Assembly: GCA_963707875.1 (NCBI GenBank)
Contig: CAVPRU010000014.1
Location: forward strand, 149,767 to 213,766
DNA from: an uncultured Gemmatimonadales bacterium
Lineage (GTDB): Bacteria; Gemmatimonadota; Gemmatimonadetes; Gemmatimonadales; GWC2-71-9
Length of the DNA: 64,000 bases
Direction of reading: 5' to 3'
In this document: positions 1 through 9,607 of the stretch, one piece after another
Numbering within the stretch: position 1 is the stretch's first letter
Layout: each line of letters begins with the position of its first letter
Position numbers and translations under genes: made by a program
The notes under the pieces: model-generated
Databases searched by the model: none
What the model was told of the DNA's origin: nothing
Seen by the model: the letters and a program-made list of their open reading frames with translations, nothing else

Positions 1-675
1 TTCGTTGGTATGAATCGCCGGGACTACCCCGTGGCGCGCGCACCCGGCCATGGTGCGTTCGATGGCGCCGGTCAAGATCGGGTCATCCAGCCGGCCGGCC
101 ACGCCGAGCGCAATGGAGAGATCGGTGGGGCCGATCAGCGCCGCATCCACTCCCGACACCGCCAGAATCTGGTCGAGCCGGTCGACCGCCTCGGCGGTCT
201 CGATCTGGATGATGAGGAAGGTCTCCCGGTTCATGGCCGCCAGAATCTCACTCAGGTTGCCACCCCCGAAGTCAGTGTGCCCCCGCCCCAGCACCCCGCC
301 CCGGCGGCCCGCAGGGGGGTACTTCATCCAGGCCAGACATTGCTCGACCTGCCCGCGCTCGGTCACCCGAGGGAGCATGATGCCCTGAGCACCGGCATCG
401 AGGGGCTGGACCACATGGGCGTACGACAGTTCGGGCACCCGCACAATGGGCGTCACGCCAGCCGCGCGGCCGGCACGCGACAACTCGGCGATGGTCTCGA
501 TCGTGAATGGTCCGTGCTCGTTGTCGATGATGGCGAAGTCGAACCCCGCCCGGGCCAGCCAGCTCATGATGGCCGGTTGCCGCATCTCCACCACCATGGT
601 GCCGACCGCGACCCGGCCGTCCTGGAGAGTCCGGCGAATTCGGCAGGCCGGGACCGGGAGGGCTGGGCTGCTCAT
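1..675 (-). CDS. HpcH/HpaI-family aldolase (2-keto-3-deoxy-acid aldolase type), C-terminus cut by left window edge
   Basis: Not in the ORF track because there is no stop in the window. My minus-strand translation from ATG 675..673 reads [82 protein letters not shown]...FLIIQIETAEAVDRLDQILAVSGVDAALIGPTDLSIALG and stays open to position 1. The ATG overlaps the rdgB stop (ATGA). Confidence 0.75.
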   Translation of the reverse strand, partial: MSSPALPVPACRIRRTLQDGRVAVGTMVVEMRQPAIMSWLARAGFDFAIIDNEHGPFTIETIAELSRAGRAAGVTPIVRVPELSYAHVVQPLDAGAQGIMLPRVTERGQVEQCLAWMKYPPAGRRGGVLGRGHTDFGGGNLSEILAAMNRETFLIIQIETAEAVDRLDQILAVSGVDAALIGPTDLSIALGVAGRLDDPILTGAIERTMAGCARHGVVPAIHTNE

Positions 676-1289
676 GAGGCTCCAGTGAGAGTTCGAAGCA
701 AGGCAGCGAACGCCTTGCCCCGGTGGCTGACCTGATCCTTTTCGTCGGTGGTGGCCTGCCCGAACGACACGCCGAGGTCATCGCTCAAGAACAACGGGTC
801 ATAGCCAAACCCGCGATCACCGATCGGCGCCGTGAGAATCTCGCCGGTGCACGACCCCTCGAAGATCTGGGCGATGGCCCGCGGTTCGGGGAGGTAGGCC
901 ACCGCGCATCGATAGCGGGCCCGTCGCCGCTCCGGCGGGGCACCCAGCAATCGGCGAAGCAGGTAGGCGTTGTTGGCGACGTCCACTTCCACGTCGGTGC
1001 CGGTGGCACCGGACCACCGCCTGGACCGCACCCCGGGGTCACCGCCGAGAGAAAACACCTCCAGCCCGCTGTCATCGGCCACCGTGGGAAGGAACACCTT
1101 CCGGGCGAAGTACTCCGCCTTGGCCCGGGCGTTGGCTTCGAAAGTCGCGCCGATTTCCAGCCGTTCCTCTTCGGGGCTTGGCGGCAGGCCGAGATCCTGC
1201 GGGAACGTCAGATCGACCCCGGTCCCTTCGAAGAGCGCCCGGATCTCCCGCTGTTTGGCGCGGTTCCGCGAGGCGATCAGCAGTTTCAC
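672..1289 (-). CDS. rdgB: dITP/XTP pyrophosphatase (RdgB/HAM1 family)
   Basis: C-terminal 205 aa of ORF 672..1823: [20 protein letters not shown]...[38 protein letters not shown] start at 1289 overlaps the rph stop (GTGA). The upstream part of the ORF is Arg/Gly/Pro junk. Confidence 0.85.
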   Translation of the reverse strand: MKLLIASRNRAKQREIRALFEGTGVDLTFPQDLGLPPSPEEERLEIGATFEANARAKAEYFARKVFLPTVADDSGLEVFSLGGDPGVRSRRWSGATGTDVEVDVANNAYLLRRLLGAPPERRRARYRCAVAYLPEPRAIAQIFEGSCTGEILTAPIGDRGFGYDPLFLSDDLGVSFGQATTDEKDQVSHRGKAFAALLRTLTGAS

Positions 1290-1996
1290 CGCCCCAGCAC
1301 CTGACGTTGAATTTCGAACAGGGTGGCGATCCCCGTCTGCGCCAGGTCCACCATGGTATCGAGTTCCGGTCGGGAAAATGGCGCTCCCTCGGCGGTCCCC
1401 TGGACCTCCACAAACCGGTCGGGTTCCAGCTGGACCACGTTGGCGTCCACCTCGGCATCCTTGTCCTCGGCGTAGCAGAGGTCCAGCAGTGGTTCCCCGG
1501 CGACCATGCCGACCGAGACGGCCGCCACCAGTTGGCCAAACGGGGAGGGGTTGCCGGTGCGTCGGGCCAGCCAGTCGCAGGCATCCGCCAACGCGACGCA
1601 GGCGCCGGTAATGCTGGCGGTGCGGGTGCCGCCATCGGCCTGGAGGACGTCGCAATCGATCCGGATGGTGTACTCGCCGAAGGCCATGGTCCCCATGGCC
1701 GCGCGCAGGGACCGGCCGATCAGCCGCTGGATTTCCTGGCTCCGGCCACCCGGACCGTTGCGCTCGCGCTGGGTCCGTTCGCTGGTGGCGCGGGGCAGCA
1801 TCGCATATTCCGCCGTGACCCACCCCTTGCCGCTCCCCTTTCGAAAGCCGGGGACCCCTTCCTCGACGCTCGCGGTGCAGTGCACCAAGGTCCCGCCAAA
1901 CCGGACCAGGCAGGAGCCCTCGGCGTAGGGGTTGGCGCCCCGCTCCAGTGCGATTGCGCGGAGGGCATCGGGGGCGCGCCCGTCAGCTCGAGCCAT
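1286..1996 (-). CDS. rph: ribonuclease PH
   Basis: [36 protein letters not shown]...[19 protein letters not shown]; full-length RNase PH pattern, 236 aa. Confidence 0.95.
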   Translation of the reverse strand: MARADGRAPDALRAIALERGANPYAEGSCLVRFGGTLVHCTASVEEGVPGFRKGSGKGWVTAEYAMLPRATSERTQRERNGPGGRSQEIQRLIGRSLRAAMGTMAFGEYTIRIDCDVLQADGGTRTASITGACVALADACDWLARRTGNPSPFGQLVAAVSVGMVAGEPLLDLCYAEDKDAEVDANVVQLEPDRFVEVQGTAEGAPFSRPELDTMVDLAQTGIATLFEIQRQVLGR

Positions 1997-2438
1997 GACT
2001 GCTCCTCAGAATCGTGGTGGTACTGATGCCAGGCACCAATTGCGTCAGGTGGACCTCACCACCCCAGGATTCGACGAGATCGGCACCGACAACTTCCGAT
2101 TTCGCGTAGTCGGCGCCCTTCACCAGAACGTCGGGCCTGACGGCGGCAATGAGCGCTCGAGGGGTATCCTCATCGAACAGCACCACCCGGTCGACGGCGG
2201 CCAGCGCGGCGAGCACCCGGGCCCGTCCTGACTCGGGTACCACCGGCCGGCCCGGACCCTTGCCGAGTCGGCGCACCGAGGCGTCGCTGTTGAGGCCGAC
2301 GACCAGGGCATCCCCCAACTGTCGGGCCGCTTCCAGGCTGGCCACATGGCCTTCATGCAGGAGGTCGAACACGCCGTTGGTGAAGACCACTCGGCCCGCG
2401 ACCGCCTGCCGCCAGCGCCGCAGCTCGTCGAGGGGCAC
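1983..2438 (-). CDS. D-glycero-beta-D-manno-heptose 1-phosphate adenylyltransferase-like cytidylyltransferase (RfaE/HldE domain II only)
   Basis: [50 protein letters not shown]...; stand-alone 151 aa; 14-nt overlap with rph. Confidence 0.8.
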   Translation of the reverse strand: MPLDELRRWRQAVAGRVVFTNGVFDLLHEGHVASLEAARQLGDALVVGLNSDASVRRLGKGPGRPVVPESGRARVLAALAAVDRVVLFDEDTPRALIAAVRPDVLVKGADYAKSEVVGADLVESWGGEVHLTQLVPGISTTTILRSSHGSS

Positions 2439-2455
2439 GATCTTCGAAGCGGTGG

Positions 2456-2827
2456 TCAGAAGCGGGACTCCACCTTGGGCCGGAAGGTCAGTTGCACGGT
2501 TCGGAACGGGAGTTGAATCAGTTCCCGATACTGGGTCCGGATCACGATCTGGTATGGCGGTCCATCCCGGCGAATCAGCAGCCGCCGCGCTTCAGAGGGC
2601 AGCCCCAGCTCGTCGATCCGGCTGAGAATGTTCCGCCGGATGACCTGGTCAGTCTGGTTCCGGGCAAACCGGGCCTGGACCTTCATCACGTCCACCAGGC
2701 TGTAGTAGCGATAGTAGACCCGGCCGACTTCGGTGCCGTAGTACAGGGCCCCCATGAACAGCACCAGGGTGACCAGGCATCCCAGGGTACTGGCGCCCCG
2801 CCGGTTGCCACCGGGCCGCCCTACCAT
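2456..2827 (-). CDS. hypothetical membrane-anchored protein
   Basis: 123 aa with an N-terminal TM segment ([17 protein letters not shown]) and varied composition. ATG at 2827 overlaps the stop of the upstream LptE-like gene. Confidence 0.5.
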   Translation of the reverse strand: MVGRPGGNRRGASTLGCLVTLVLFMGALYYGTEVGRVYYRYYSLVDVMKVQARFARNQTDQVIRRNILSRIDELGLPSEARRLLIRRDGPPYQIVIRTQYRELIQLPFRTVQLTFRPKVESRF

Positions 2828-3363
2828 TGCGACTGCACCCCATCCACGATGTTGATGATCAGCTTCTCCAGGGCTTTCTGCCGGCCTTCCCGCTCCCGGC
2901 CGGTTTCGTATTCGCCTTCAACCATCATCCCCTGGCGGGTCCAGACCACCCGGTCCGCCACCCGTTCCCGCACCTCCACGTCCACGCTGATCTGGACCAG
3001 CCGGCGGGTCACACTGACCTGATTGCTGGTGGGATCGCCGGTGAAGGCAACCGGGAGATCGGGATCGTATCGCCGTACCGTTCCGGTCACGATCGCGTCG
3101 GCGTTGTTCTCCCCGACCTGCCGGAGCCCCAGCCGTCGTTCCACCGCCTCTCGCACCGCGTCGTTGATCTCGGAAGTCAGGGTGGGATCCGGGGTGAGGT
3201 TCTCGAACGGGAGCACCGCCACGGTCCGAATCTCCGGTGGAAACCCGCCACCGGAAAAGCCGTAGCTGCAGCCGGCCAGGAGCAGGGCGCAGGCCCCCAG
3301 ACTACGGCGCCGGCCGAACCCAGGTATCCGGAGCAAACTCGGTCGCCGTTCTGGTCGAGACAT
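2821..3363 (-). CDS. LptE-like LPS-assembly lipoprotein
   Basis: Lipobox LLLAGC followed by SYGFSGGGFPPEIRTVAVLPFENLT, as in LptE-like lipoproteins. The start is uncertain: ATG 3363 or TTG 3336. The ORF-track start at 3399 overlaps the upstream gene. Confidence 0.55.
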   Translation of the reverse strand: MSRPERRPSLLRIPGFGRRRSLGACALLLAGCSYGFSGGGFPPEIRTVAVLPFENLTPDPTLTSEINDAVREAVERRLGLRQVGENNADAIVTGTVRRYDPDLPVAFTGDPTSNQVSVTRRLVQISVDVEVRERVADRVVWTRQGMMVEGEYETGREREGRQKALEKLIINIVDGVQSQW

Positions 3364-4018
3364 AGGTGATATCCAATCGGGCTGGGACGCTGGGCACATC
3401 GAGTCGAGAGGACTTGAGCCCGCCGTCCGCCTTGAAGACCGTTTCCACTCGCCCGACGCGTTTTCCCGCCTGCCTCACGTCGGCGATCAACCGGTGCTCG
3501 AGGCCGTGGATCCGGGCATACTCCACCGTGTCGGGGCCGGACACAAATCGCCAGGCGACCAACCGCTCGTCCTCAAACCGGGTCACCTCTCCAGCGGGCT
3601 CCGGCATCCGCGCCACCCCGAGCATCGCCCACAGCAGCGGATAGTTGGGCACCAGTTTCCGGACTTCCTCTTCCGGTTCGGCCCACTGGGCCTCTTCCCC
3701 GATCACGAAGGCCGAGCCCCGCCCGGTCCCGAGCGGGCCGGCCGCGTCGAACCGGAGGGAATCCCCGGGGGTGATCCGGGCCGATCCGGGTCCCCCGGCA
3801 CTACCCCCCGTCCCTTCCCGGAACTTCCATTTGAACCGGTGGAGGACGGCTTGGGCGTTGTGCGTCTCGGCCATCCACTCGGCCGCCGCCTGTGCGGTTG
3901 CCGGAACCGCCCCGGACGGCACAACCGAGCCCGGGAGGCCCCCGCAGCCCCAGCACCCTGCTCCAAGATAGGCCGCGGCCAAAATGCGGTCAACGTACCG
4001 ATGCGACGATAATCCCAC
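3302..4018 (-). CDS. putative lipoprotein, function unknown
   Basis: 238 aa with a GTG start. N-terminus RILAAAYLGAGC is lipobox-like. Composition is globular and I recognise no family. Confidence 0.5.
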   Translation of the reverse strand: MGLSSHRYVDRILAAAYLGAGCWGCGGLPGSVVPSGAVPATAQAAAEWMAETHNAQAVLHRFKWKFREGTGGSAGGPGSARITPGDSLRFDAAGPLGTGRGSAFVIGEEAQWAEPEEEVRKLVPNYPLLWAMLGVARMPEPAGEVTRFEDERLVAWRFVSGPDTVEYARIHGLEHRLIADVRQAGKRVGRVETVFKADGGLKSSRLDVPSVPARLDITYVSTRTATEFAPDTWVRPAP

Positions 4019-4053
4019 GTAACCCCTTTATCCCCCATTACTTATGAGCGCCG

Positions 4054-4491
4054 TTACAGCTTCACCGGATCGGCAATCGCCGTCAGACGGCGAACCAGGT
4101 GGCCCGGCAACCGGACAACCACAAAGCTCCGGTCCAAGCTGATCAGCGCGGTCAGGGCCGTGGCCAGGATCTCGCCCCGCTCGGCGTGCTCCACGACGTA
4201 CCCGAAGGTAACCTTTCGGGAAGCGATCTCCCGCACCCAGCAGCGGACCCGAACCAGGTCGTCATACTCCACGGAACGCCGGTATCGGACCTGAAGATCC
4301 GAAACCGCGAGGAGCAGGCCGTCATCCTCCAACTCCCGGTAGCTCACCCCCGTCCGGCGAAGGTGCTCGGTCCGCGCCATGTCGAGCCAGACCGGATAGC
4401 GTCCGTGATACGCCACCCCCATTCGATCGGTTTCGGAGTAGTTCACCCGAACGATGATTTCCGAGATCGGCTCCGGCGGCAGGCCCCTCAC
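4054..4491 (-). CDS. acyl-CoA thioesterase (YbgC/4HBT hotdog family)
   Basis: Last 145 aa of ORF 4054..5208: IIVRVNYSETDRMGVAYHGRYPVWLDMARTEHLRRTGVSYRELEDDGLLLAVSDLQVRYRR. GTG start near 4491 is inferred. Confidence 0.8.
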   Translation of the reverse strand: MRGLPPEPISEIIVRVNYSETDRMGVAYHGRYPVWLDMARTEHLRRTGVSYRELEDDGLLLAVSDLQVRYRRSVEYDDLVRVRCWVREIASRKVTFGYVVEHAERGEILATALTALISLDRSFVVVRLPGHLVRRLTAIADPVKL

Positions 4492-4563
4492 CGGACCCGA
4501 CCCGTCGAAGTCGAAGGCCGGTTTTCTTGCGATCCATCGAGCCAGGTTCCTATACTTGCTGCC

Positions 4564-5292
4564 GTGCTCGGCCACCAATTGATCATTCTCGGCGACGCCC
4601 ACCTGGGGGCGGTGCCCGCGGCCATCGGAGAATCGCTGGCCGCATTTCTTGATGCGGCGCCGGATCTGGGTGATTGTCTGCTCATCAATGGCGACCTGTT
4701 CGATTTCTGGTTCGCCTACCGCCGGGCCATCCCCCGACGGGGATTCCGGATCGCGGGACAACTGGCTGCCCTGGCCCACCGGCTGCCGATCGTGATGACC
4801 GGTGGCAACCACGACCGGTGGGGCGATTCGTTCTGGGAGGCGGAGTGCGGCATCCGCTTTTCCCGGGATCGGATCCGGTTCGGGGTGGGCTCCCGCATCG
4901 TCGAGGCCCATCATGGGGACGGCCTCACCGAACAGCGGTGGGTCGCCCGCAGCCTGCATCGGATCACCCGCTCTCCGGTGACCAGCGCCGTGTTCCGGAG
5001 CTTGCCGGTGGACCTGGGTCTCTGGCTGGTGGACCGGTTCAGCCACCACCTCAGTCAACAGACCCTGGATGCAGCCGTCCTCCGTCGGGCCGCGGAGGCC
5101 CAGCGTCAGTGGGCGGAAGCGCGCCTTGCCGCCGATCCGGGTCTCGGCTTGCTGGTCCTGGGCCACACCCACCGGCCCGCCCTGACGGAGCCCTCTCCCG
5201 GGCAGCACTACCTCAACCCGGGCGCCTGGCTCGATGGACTCCGGTATGCCACCGCCAGCGACGACCGGGTCCGCCTGGCCCAGTTCAGCTAG
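4564..5292 (+). CDS. lpxH: UDP-2,3-diacylglucosamine hydrolase-like metallophosphoesterase
   Basis: LIILGDAHLG...LLINGDLFDFWF...VMTGGNHDRW...VLGHTHRP motifs. In-frame GTG at 4564. The upstream 155 aa of ORF 4099..5292 is antisense to the thioesterase gene. Confidence 0.75.
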   Translation: MLGHQLIILGDAHLGAVPAAIGESLAAFLDAAPDLGDCLLINGDLFDFWFAYRRAIPRRGFRIAGQLAALAHRLPIVMTGGNHDRWGDSFWEAECGIRFSRDRIRFGVGSRIVEAHHGDGLTEQRWVARSLHRITRSPVTSAVFRSLPVDLGLWLVDRFSHHLSQQTLDAAVLRRAAEAQRQWAEARLAADPGLGLLVLGHTHRPALTEPSPGQHYLNPGAWLDGLRYATASDDRVRLAQFS

Positions 5293-6092
5293 CCGGCCAG
5301 GTCTACCAACTCGACCTGGGTCAACCGGCTACCGAGAAACCGGGTCCCGACTTCCAGAAATCTGGCCGCCTCGTCGCTCACCGCAAACCGGTGAGTGGAG
5401 GGATTCCCGGTCTCGGCCTGAAGCCCCCGCTCGGTGAGAGCCCTGGCCACGGCCGCGGCGGTCTCTTCCGCGCTGTCGATCAATCGGACCCCCGGCCCGA
5501 GCACTCGCGCCAACAGTGGCTTCAGCAAGGGATAGTGGGTGCAGCCGAGGACGACGGTGTCGACCCCGGCCTGGATCAGCGGCGTCAGGTACTCGGCGGC
5601 CACCAGTTCCGCGGCGGGGTGGTGAAACCAGCCTTCCTCGATGAAGGGCACGAACAGCGGGCAGGCTTGCTGGATGACCACGGCATCCGGCCGACGGGCC
5701 TCGATGGCCCGTGGGTAGGCTCCGCTGGCCACGGTGCCGGCGGTCCCGATGACGCCGATCCGTCCGGTGGGCGAGGCCACGGCCGCTGCGAGGGAGCCCG
5801 GCTCGATCACTCCGAGCACCGTGACGGGGGAGACCTCCTGCAGCGCCTCGAGGGCATGGGCGGTGCTGGTATTGCAGGCGACGACCACCGCCTTCACCTG
5901 CTGGTCGAGTAGCCAGGCCAGGATCTCCAGGCAGTACCGACGGACCGTCTTGGGCGACTTGGGGCCATACGGCACCCGGGCGGTGTCCCCGAAGTACAAC
6001 GTGGCGTCATGGGGCAGCCGCTCGAAGATGGCGCTGGCGACCGTCAGGCCGCCGAGCCCGGAGTCGAAGATCCCGATCGGGGCGTTGTTCAC
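5289..6092 (-). CDS. murI: glutamate racemase
   Basis: VNNAPIGIFDSGLGGLTVASAI...VVACNTSTAHAL...VLGCTHYPLL; 267 aa from GTG 6092. Convergent 4-nt overlap with lpxH. Confidence 0.9.
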   Translation of the reverse strand: MNNAPIGIFDSGLGGLTVASAIFERLPHDATLYFGDTARVPYGPKSPKTVRRYCLEILAWLLDQQVKAVVVACNTSTAHALEALQEVSPVTVLGVIEPGSLAAAVASPTGRIGVIGTAGTVASGAYPRAIEARRPDAVVIQQACPLFVPFIEEGWFHHPAAELVAAEYLTPLIQAGVDTVVLGCTHYPLLKPLLARVLGPGVRLIDSAEETAAAVARALTERGLQAETGNPSTHRFAVSDEAARFLEVGTRFLGSRLTQVELVDLAG

Positions 6093-6592
6093 GGCAAGCG
6101 GAACGGCACCGACACTCCGAGCCCTGCCCCTCCGGGGATCGCTCGCAGGCTGACATCGGCCGGGAAATCCCAGAGGTGGCTGCTGACAAAGGCCTCCAGA
6201 CCCGCGAAGAGGTGGTTGAACGCGAGCAGCACGAGCCAGTCCTGCCGCTCCTGCTTCTTGCTTTCGATCCGGAGACTGTCGGTCCCCTCGGCCTCGAGGA
6301 AGCGCAATTCGGACGCCGCCTTGAGGGTCATCCCGAGCGACACGCCCTCCCACGCCACGAAGAGACCTGCCGTGAGGCGCCGGTTGAGCTTGGCCTGGGA
6401 CCAGCCCGGAACCACCAGCGAACGGAAGAAGGACCCCATCGGCGACACCGGCGACGGGCGATAGCGGGAAGTATCGGGCGGGACCGGGGGCGGTGCCGGC
6501 GCCGGCTGTTGCTGGATGATCACCAGCGAGGGGGAGACGACGGTGGTGTCCTGCGCCCAGGCTGGCGTTACCAGCAGAATCGCCAGGGTCAC
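6089..6592 (-). CDS. hypothetical exported protein
   Basis: Signal-like LVTLAILLVTPAWAQD, then a Pro-rich linker and SLVVPGWSQAKLNRRLTAGLFVAWEGVSLGM. The start is unclear. GTG 6592 is the only canonical start downstream of the tRNA. The ORF-track N-terminus (to 6733) reads through the tRNA gene. Confidence 0.45.
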   Translation of the reverse strand: MTLAILLVTPAWAQDTTVVSPSLVIIQQQPAPAPPPVPPDTSRYRPSPVSPMGSFFRSLVVPGWSQAKLNRRLTAGLFVAWEGVSLGMTLKAASELRFLEAEGTDSLRIESKKQERQDWLVLLAFNHLFAGLEAFVSSHLWDFPADVSLRAIPGGAGLGVSVPFRLP

Positions 6593-6628
6593 CAGGCCGG
6601 GAACGCGCCACCGCGCCGAGGGACGCGG

Positions 6629-6726
6629 TGGCGGGAGCGTGTGGGAATCGAACCCACCGGAGTCGCCGAGGGCGCCTCCGTCGCGGTTTTGAAGACCGGC
6701 CAAGCCACCAGGCCCGATCCGCCCCC
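6629..6726 (-). tRNA. selC: candidate tRNA-Sec (anticodon UCA)
   Basis: 98 nt: GGGGGCGG-AU-CGGGCC-UGGU-GGCUUG-GCCGGU-CUUCAAA-ACCGCG-AC-GGAGGCGCC-CUC-GGCGACUCC-G-GUGGG-UUCGAUU-CCCAC-ACGCUCCC-G-CCA. It has a 6-bp D stem with a 4-nt loop, a long variable arm, G73 and an encoded CCA. Weak points: the anticodon stem has only 4 Watson-Crick pairs, and acceptor pair 8 is G-A. Confidence 0.7.
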
Positions 6727-6752
6727 AAGACATGGTTGTGGTGCCGGTCCGG

Positions 6753-7136
6753 CTATCCGCGGACCGCGATGACGTCGATCTCCACCCGGACCCCCTTGGG
6801 CAGACCGGAAACCGCCACCGTACTGCGAGCCGGCCGGTGTGATCCGAAGGCCCGCTGGTAGACCTCGTTCATCTCGGCGAAGTCCGCCATGTTGGTGAGA
6901 AAGACGGTGGTCTTCAGGACCCGGTCGAAGCCCGAACCGGCCGCCTCAAGCACCGCGGCCAGGTTCGTCATGACCTGCTCGGTCTGGGCCGCCACCGACT
7001 CGCCGGTGAGCTCCATGGTCGCGGGATCGAGGCAGATCTGGCCCGCGGTGAAGACGAGGTTGCCGGAGAAGGTGGCCTGGCTGTACGGGCCGATCGCCTT
7101 GGGGGCGCTGTCCGTGCTGACGGTCGTAATGGTCAT
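6753..7136 (-). CDS. ridA: RidA/YjgF-family reactive enamine/imine deaminase
   Basis: APKAIGPYSQATFSGNLVFTAGQI...TTVFLTNMADFAEMNEVY...PARSTVAVSGLPKGVRVEI; 127 aa. Confidence 0.9.
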   Translation of the reverse strand: MTITTVSTDSAPKAIGPYSQATFSGNLVFTAGQICLDPATMELTGESVAAQTEQVMTNLAAVLEAAGSGFDRVLKTTVFLTNMADFAEMNEVYQRAFGSHRPARSTVAVSGLPKGVRVEIDVIAVRG

Positions 7137-7148
7137 GGCAATCCCCGA

Positions 7149-8822
7149 TTAGAACAGTCCTTCGATGGTGCCATCCGCATCGACCCGGATGGCTTCGGCG
7201 GCCGGGGTCCTGGAGAGCCCCGGCATGGTCATGATGTCCCCGGCCAGCGCCACCACGAACCCGGCGCCCGCCGAAGGGTACACGTCCCGGATGGTGATCC
7301 GGAAGCCGGTTGGCCGCCCGAGCCGGGTCGGATCGTCGCTGAAGGAGTACTGGGTCTTGGCAATACAGACCGGCGTCCGCCCCATTTTCATGGCGTTGCA
7401 CTGGGTGATCGATCGGAGTGCCACCGGCGTGAAATCCACCCCGTCGGCTCCGTAGATCTCCCGCGCGATGGTTTCGATCTTGGCCTGGATCGACTGGTCG
7501 GTGTCGTACAGCGGCTGGAACGCGGCCTTCCCCTCCTCCAATTCGGCGAGCAGTTCCCGGGCAACCGCCTCGCCCCCCTCCCCACCCCGGGCCCAGACAT
7601 CACTGAGAGCGGACCGGATGCCCCACTCCCGACAGGCTGCCAGCACGGTCTCGAGTTCCTCAGGGGTGTCGGTGAGGAACCGGTTCAACGCCACGATGAC
7701 CGGGACCCCGAACTTCGCGACGTTCCGGGCGTGCGCCTCCAGATTGACGAGGCCGCGCCGGAGGGCGGCGACGTCGGGAGTGCTCAGCGCGTCCTTCTTG
7801 ACGCCGCCGTGCATCTTGAGGGCCCGCACCGTGGCCACCAGGATCGCGGCCTCGGGCTTGAGCCTGGCCATCCGGCACTTGATGTCGAAGAATTTCTCGG
7901 CGCCCAGATCGGCCCCGAATCCTGCCTCGGTCAGGACGATCTCGGCCAGCGAAAGGCCGAGCCGGGTGGCGGCCACCGAGTTGCAACCGTGCGCGATGTT
8001 GGCGAACGGACCGCCGTGAACCAGGGCCGGGCCTCCCTCAAGTGTCTGCACCAGGTTAGGGATGATCGCATCTTTGAGGAGCAGGGTCATCGCCCCGGAG
8101 GCCTTCAGGTCTGTGGCGGTGACTGGACGCTTGTCGCGGGTCAGGCCGACGATGATCCGCCCCAGCCGGGCTTCCAGGTCGGGCAGATCCGTGGCCAGGC
8201 AGAGCACCGCCATAATCTCGCTGCCGGGGACGATCACCCAACGCTCCTCCCGGGAGGGACCGCCGTTGAGCCCACCCAGCCCCACCACCGCGGACCGCAG
8301 GGCCCGGTCGTTCATGTCGATCGTCCGGGGCCAGCTGATCCGCCGCTGATCGATCCCCAGCAGGTTGCCGTGGTGAATGTGGTTGTCGAGCATCGCGGAG
8401 AGCAGGTTGTGGGCGGACGCGATGGCGTGGAAGTCGCCGGTGAAATGGAGGTTGATCTCGTCCATCGGTACCACCTGGGCATACCCACCGCCCGCGGCTC
8501 CGCCCTTCACCCCGAACACCGGACCCAGCGAAGGCTCCCGCACCACCACCATCACCTTCCGCCCCATCCGGCGCAGCGCCTGGCTGACCCCGACCGTCAC
8601 GGTGGACTTGCCCTCGCCGGCCGGGGTCGGGCTGATCCCGGTCACCAGCACGAGGCGGCCGGTGGGGGACCGGCGGCTGACGGCCTCCGGGGTGACCTTG
8701 GCCTTGTTCCGCCCGTAGGGAAGCACCTCGTCAGGGCCCAGCCCGGCTTCGGCGGCGACCTCCAGGATCGGCCGCAGGGTGGCGGCCTGGGCGATGGCAA
8801 TGTCGGTGGGGACCTGGGTCAC
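7149..8822 (-). CDS. fhs: formate--tetrahydrofolate ligase
   Basis: 557 aa: TDIAIAQAATLRPI...LVTGISPTPAGEGKSTVTVGV...GGGYAQVVPMDEINLHFTGDFHAI. Confidence 0.95.
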   Translation of the reverse strand: MTQVPTDIAIAQAATLRPILEVAAEAGLGPDEVLPYGRNKAKVTPEAVSRRSPTGRLVLVTGISPTPAGEGKSTVTVGVSQALRRMGRKVMVVVREPSLGPVFGVKGGAAGGGYAQVVPMDEINLHFTGDFHAIASAHNLLSAMLDNHIHHGNLLGIDQRRISWPRTIDMNDRALRSAVVGLGGLNGGPSREERWVIVPGSEIMAVLCLATDLPDLEARLGRIIVGLTRDKRPVTATDLKASGAMTLLLKDAIIPNLVQTLEGGPALVHGGPFANIAHGCNSVAATRLGLSLAEIVLTEAGFGADLGAEKFFDIKCRMARLKPEAAILVATVRALKMHGGVKKDALSTPDVAALRRGLVNLEAHARNVAKFGVPVIVALNRFLTDTPEELETVLAACREWGIRSALSDVWARGGEGGEAVARELLAELEEGKAAFQPLYDTDQSIQAKIETIAREIYGADGVDFTPVALRSITQCNAMKMGRTPVCIAKTQYSFSDDPTRLGRPTGFRITIRDVYPSAGAGFVVALAGDIMTMPGLSRTPAAEAIRVDADGTIEGLF

Positions 8823-9601
8823 GACGCCTCCTGGGAAGTCTGCAAACGGGCTCCGAACAGCCGCACCGCATTGGCGGTGGTGAGTTCCGCAATCTCTTCA
8901 AAGGTCCGGCCCAGCACCTCGGCCAGCCGCTCCGCCACCCGGCGCACCAGGGCCGGTTCGTTCCGGTGTCCGCGATGCGGCACCGGGGCCAGGTAGGGTG
9001 CGTCGGTCTCAATCAACAGCCGGTCGGGCGGCACCGTCCGCACCAGCACATCCGACGCCCAGGTCCGAAAGGTGATCATCCCGCTCCAGGAAACGTAGTG
9101 GCCCAACGCTACCGCGGTGCGGCACAGTTCAGGACCACTGCTGAAGGAGTGGAGGATGGCGACCGCGTCGGGCTGATTGCGGAGCAGGGCGGCGACGTCG
9201 TCGTCGGCCTCGCGCGCGTGGACCACCACCGGGAGCCTGACCCGGGCGCCGAGCGCGAGCTGGGCGGCAAACGCCTCCTGCTGGCGGGGTCGGGGCGCAA
9301 AGTCATAGTGGTAGTCGAGCCCGGTCTCGCCCACGGCGACCACGACCGGATCCTGGCTGGCCTGATCGAGCCAACCGGCGATGGCGGGGGACCAGCGGTG
9401 GGCTTCGTGGGGGTGGAGTCCGGCCGTGGCCGAGAGGTCGGGGAACGCCCGGGCCAACTCCCGGGCCGCGTCCGATCGCTCCGGGTTCTCCCCCACGACC
9501 ACGATGTGCCTCACCCCGGCGGCGCGGGCCCGGACCACCAGCTCCCCGCGTTCACCGTCGAACGCCGGATCGGCCAGATGGCAGTGGGTATCGATCAGCA
9601 C
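8819..9601 (-). CDS. tatD: TatD-family metal-dependent hydrolase (DNase)
   Basis: MLIDTHCHLADPAFDG...VVVGENPE...VHAREADDD...ILHSFSSG...LLIETDAPYL; 4-nt overlap with fhs. Confidence 0.9.
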   Translation of the reverse strand: MLIDTHCHLADPAFDGERGELVVRARAAGVRHIVVVGENPERSDAARELARAFPDLSATAGLHPHEAHRWSPAIAGWLDQASQDPVVVAVGETGLDYHYDFAPRPRQQEAFAAQLALGARVRLPVVVHAREADDDVAALLRNQPDAVAILHSFSSGPELCRTAVALGHYVSWSGMITFRTWASDVLVRTVPPDRLLIETDAPYLAPVPHRGHRNEPALVRRVAERLAEVLGRTFEEIAELTTANAVRLFGARLQTSQEAS

Positions 9602-9607
9602 GGCCGG

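Noticed and set aside
4099-4563. 155-aa N-terminal extension of the lpxH ORF
   Set aside because: It is antisense to the thioesterase gene, and the LpxH homology (GDAHLG metallophosphoesterase motif I) begins just after the in-frame GTG at 4564.
6593-6733. N-terminal 47 aa of ORF 6089..6733
   Set aside because: This stretch is the tRNA(UCA) gene read as protein (MSWGRIGPGGLAGLQNRDGGALGDSGGFDSHTLPP), so it is not a coding N-terminus.
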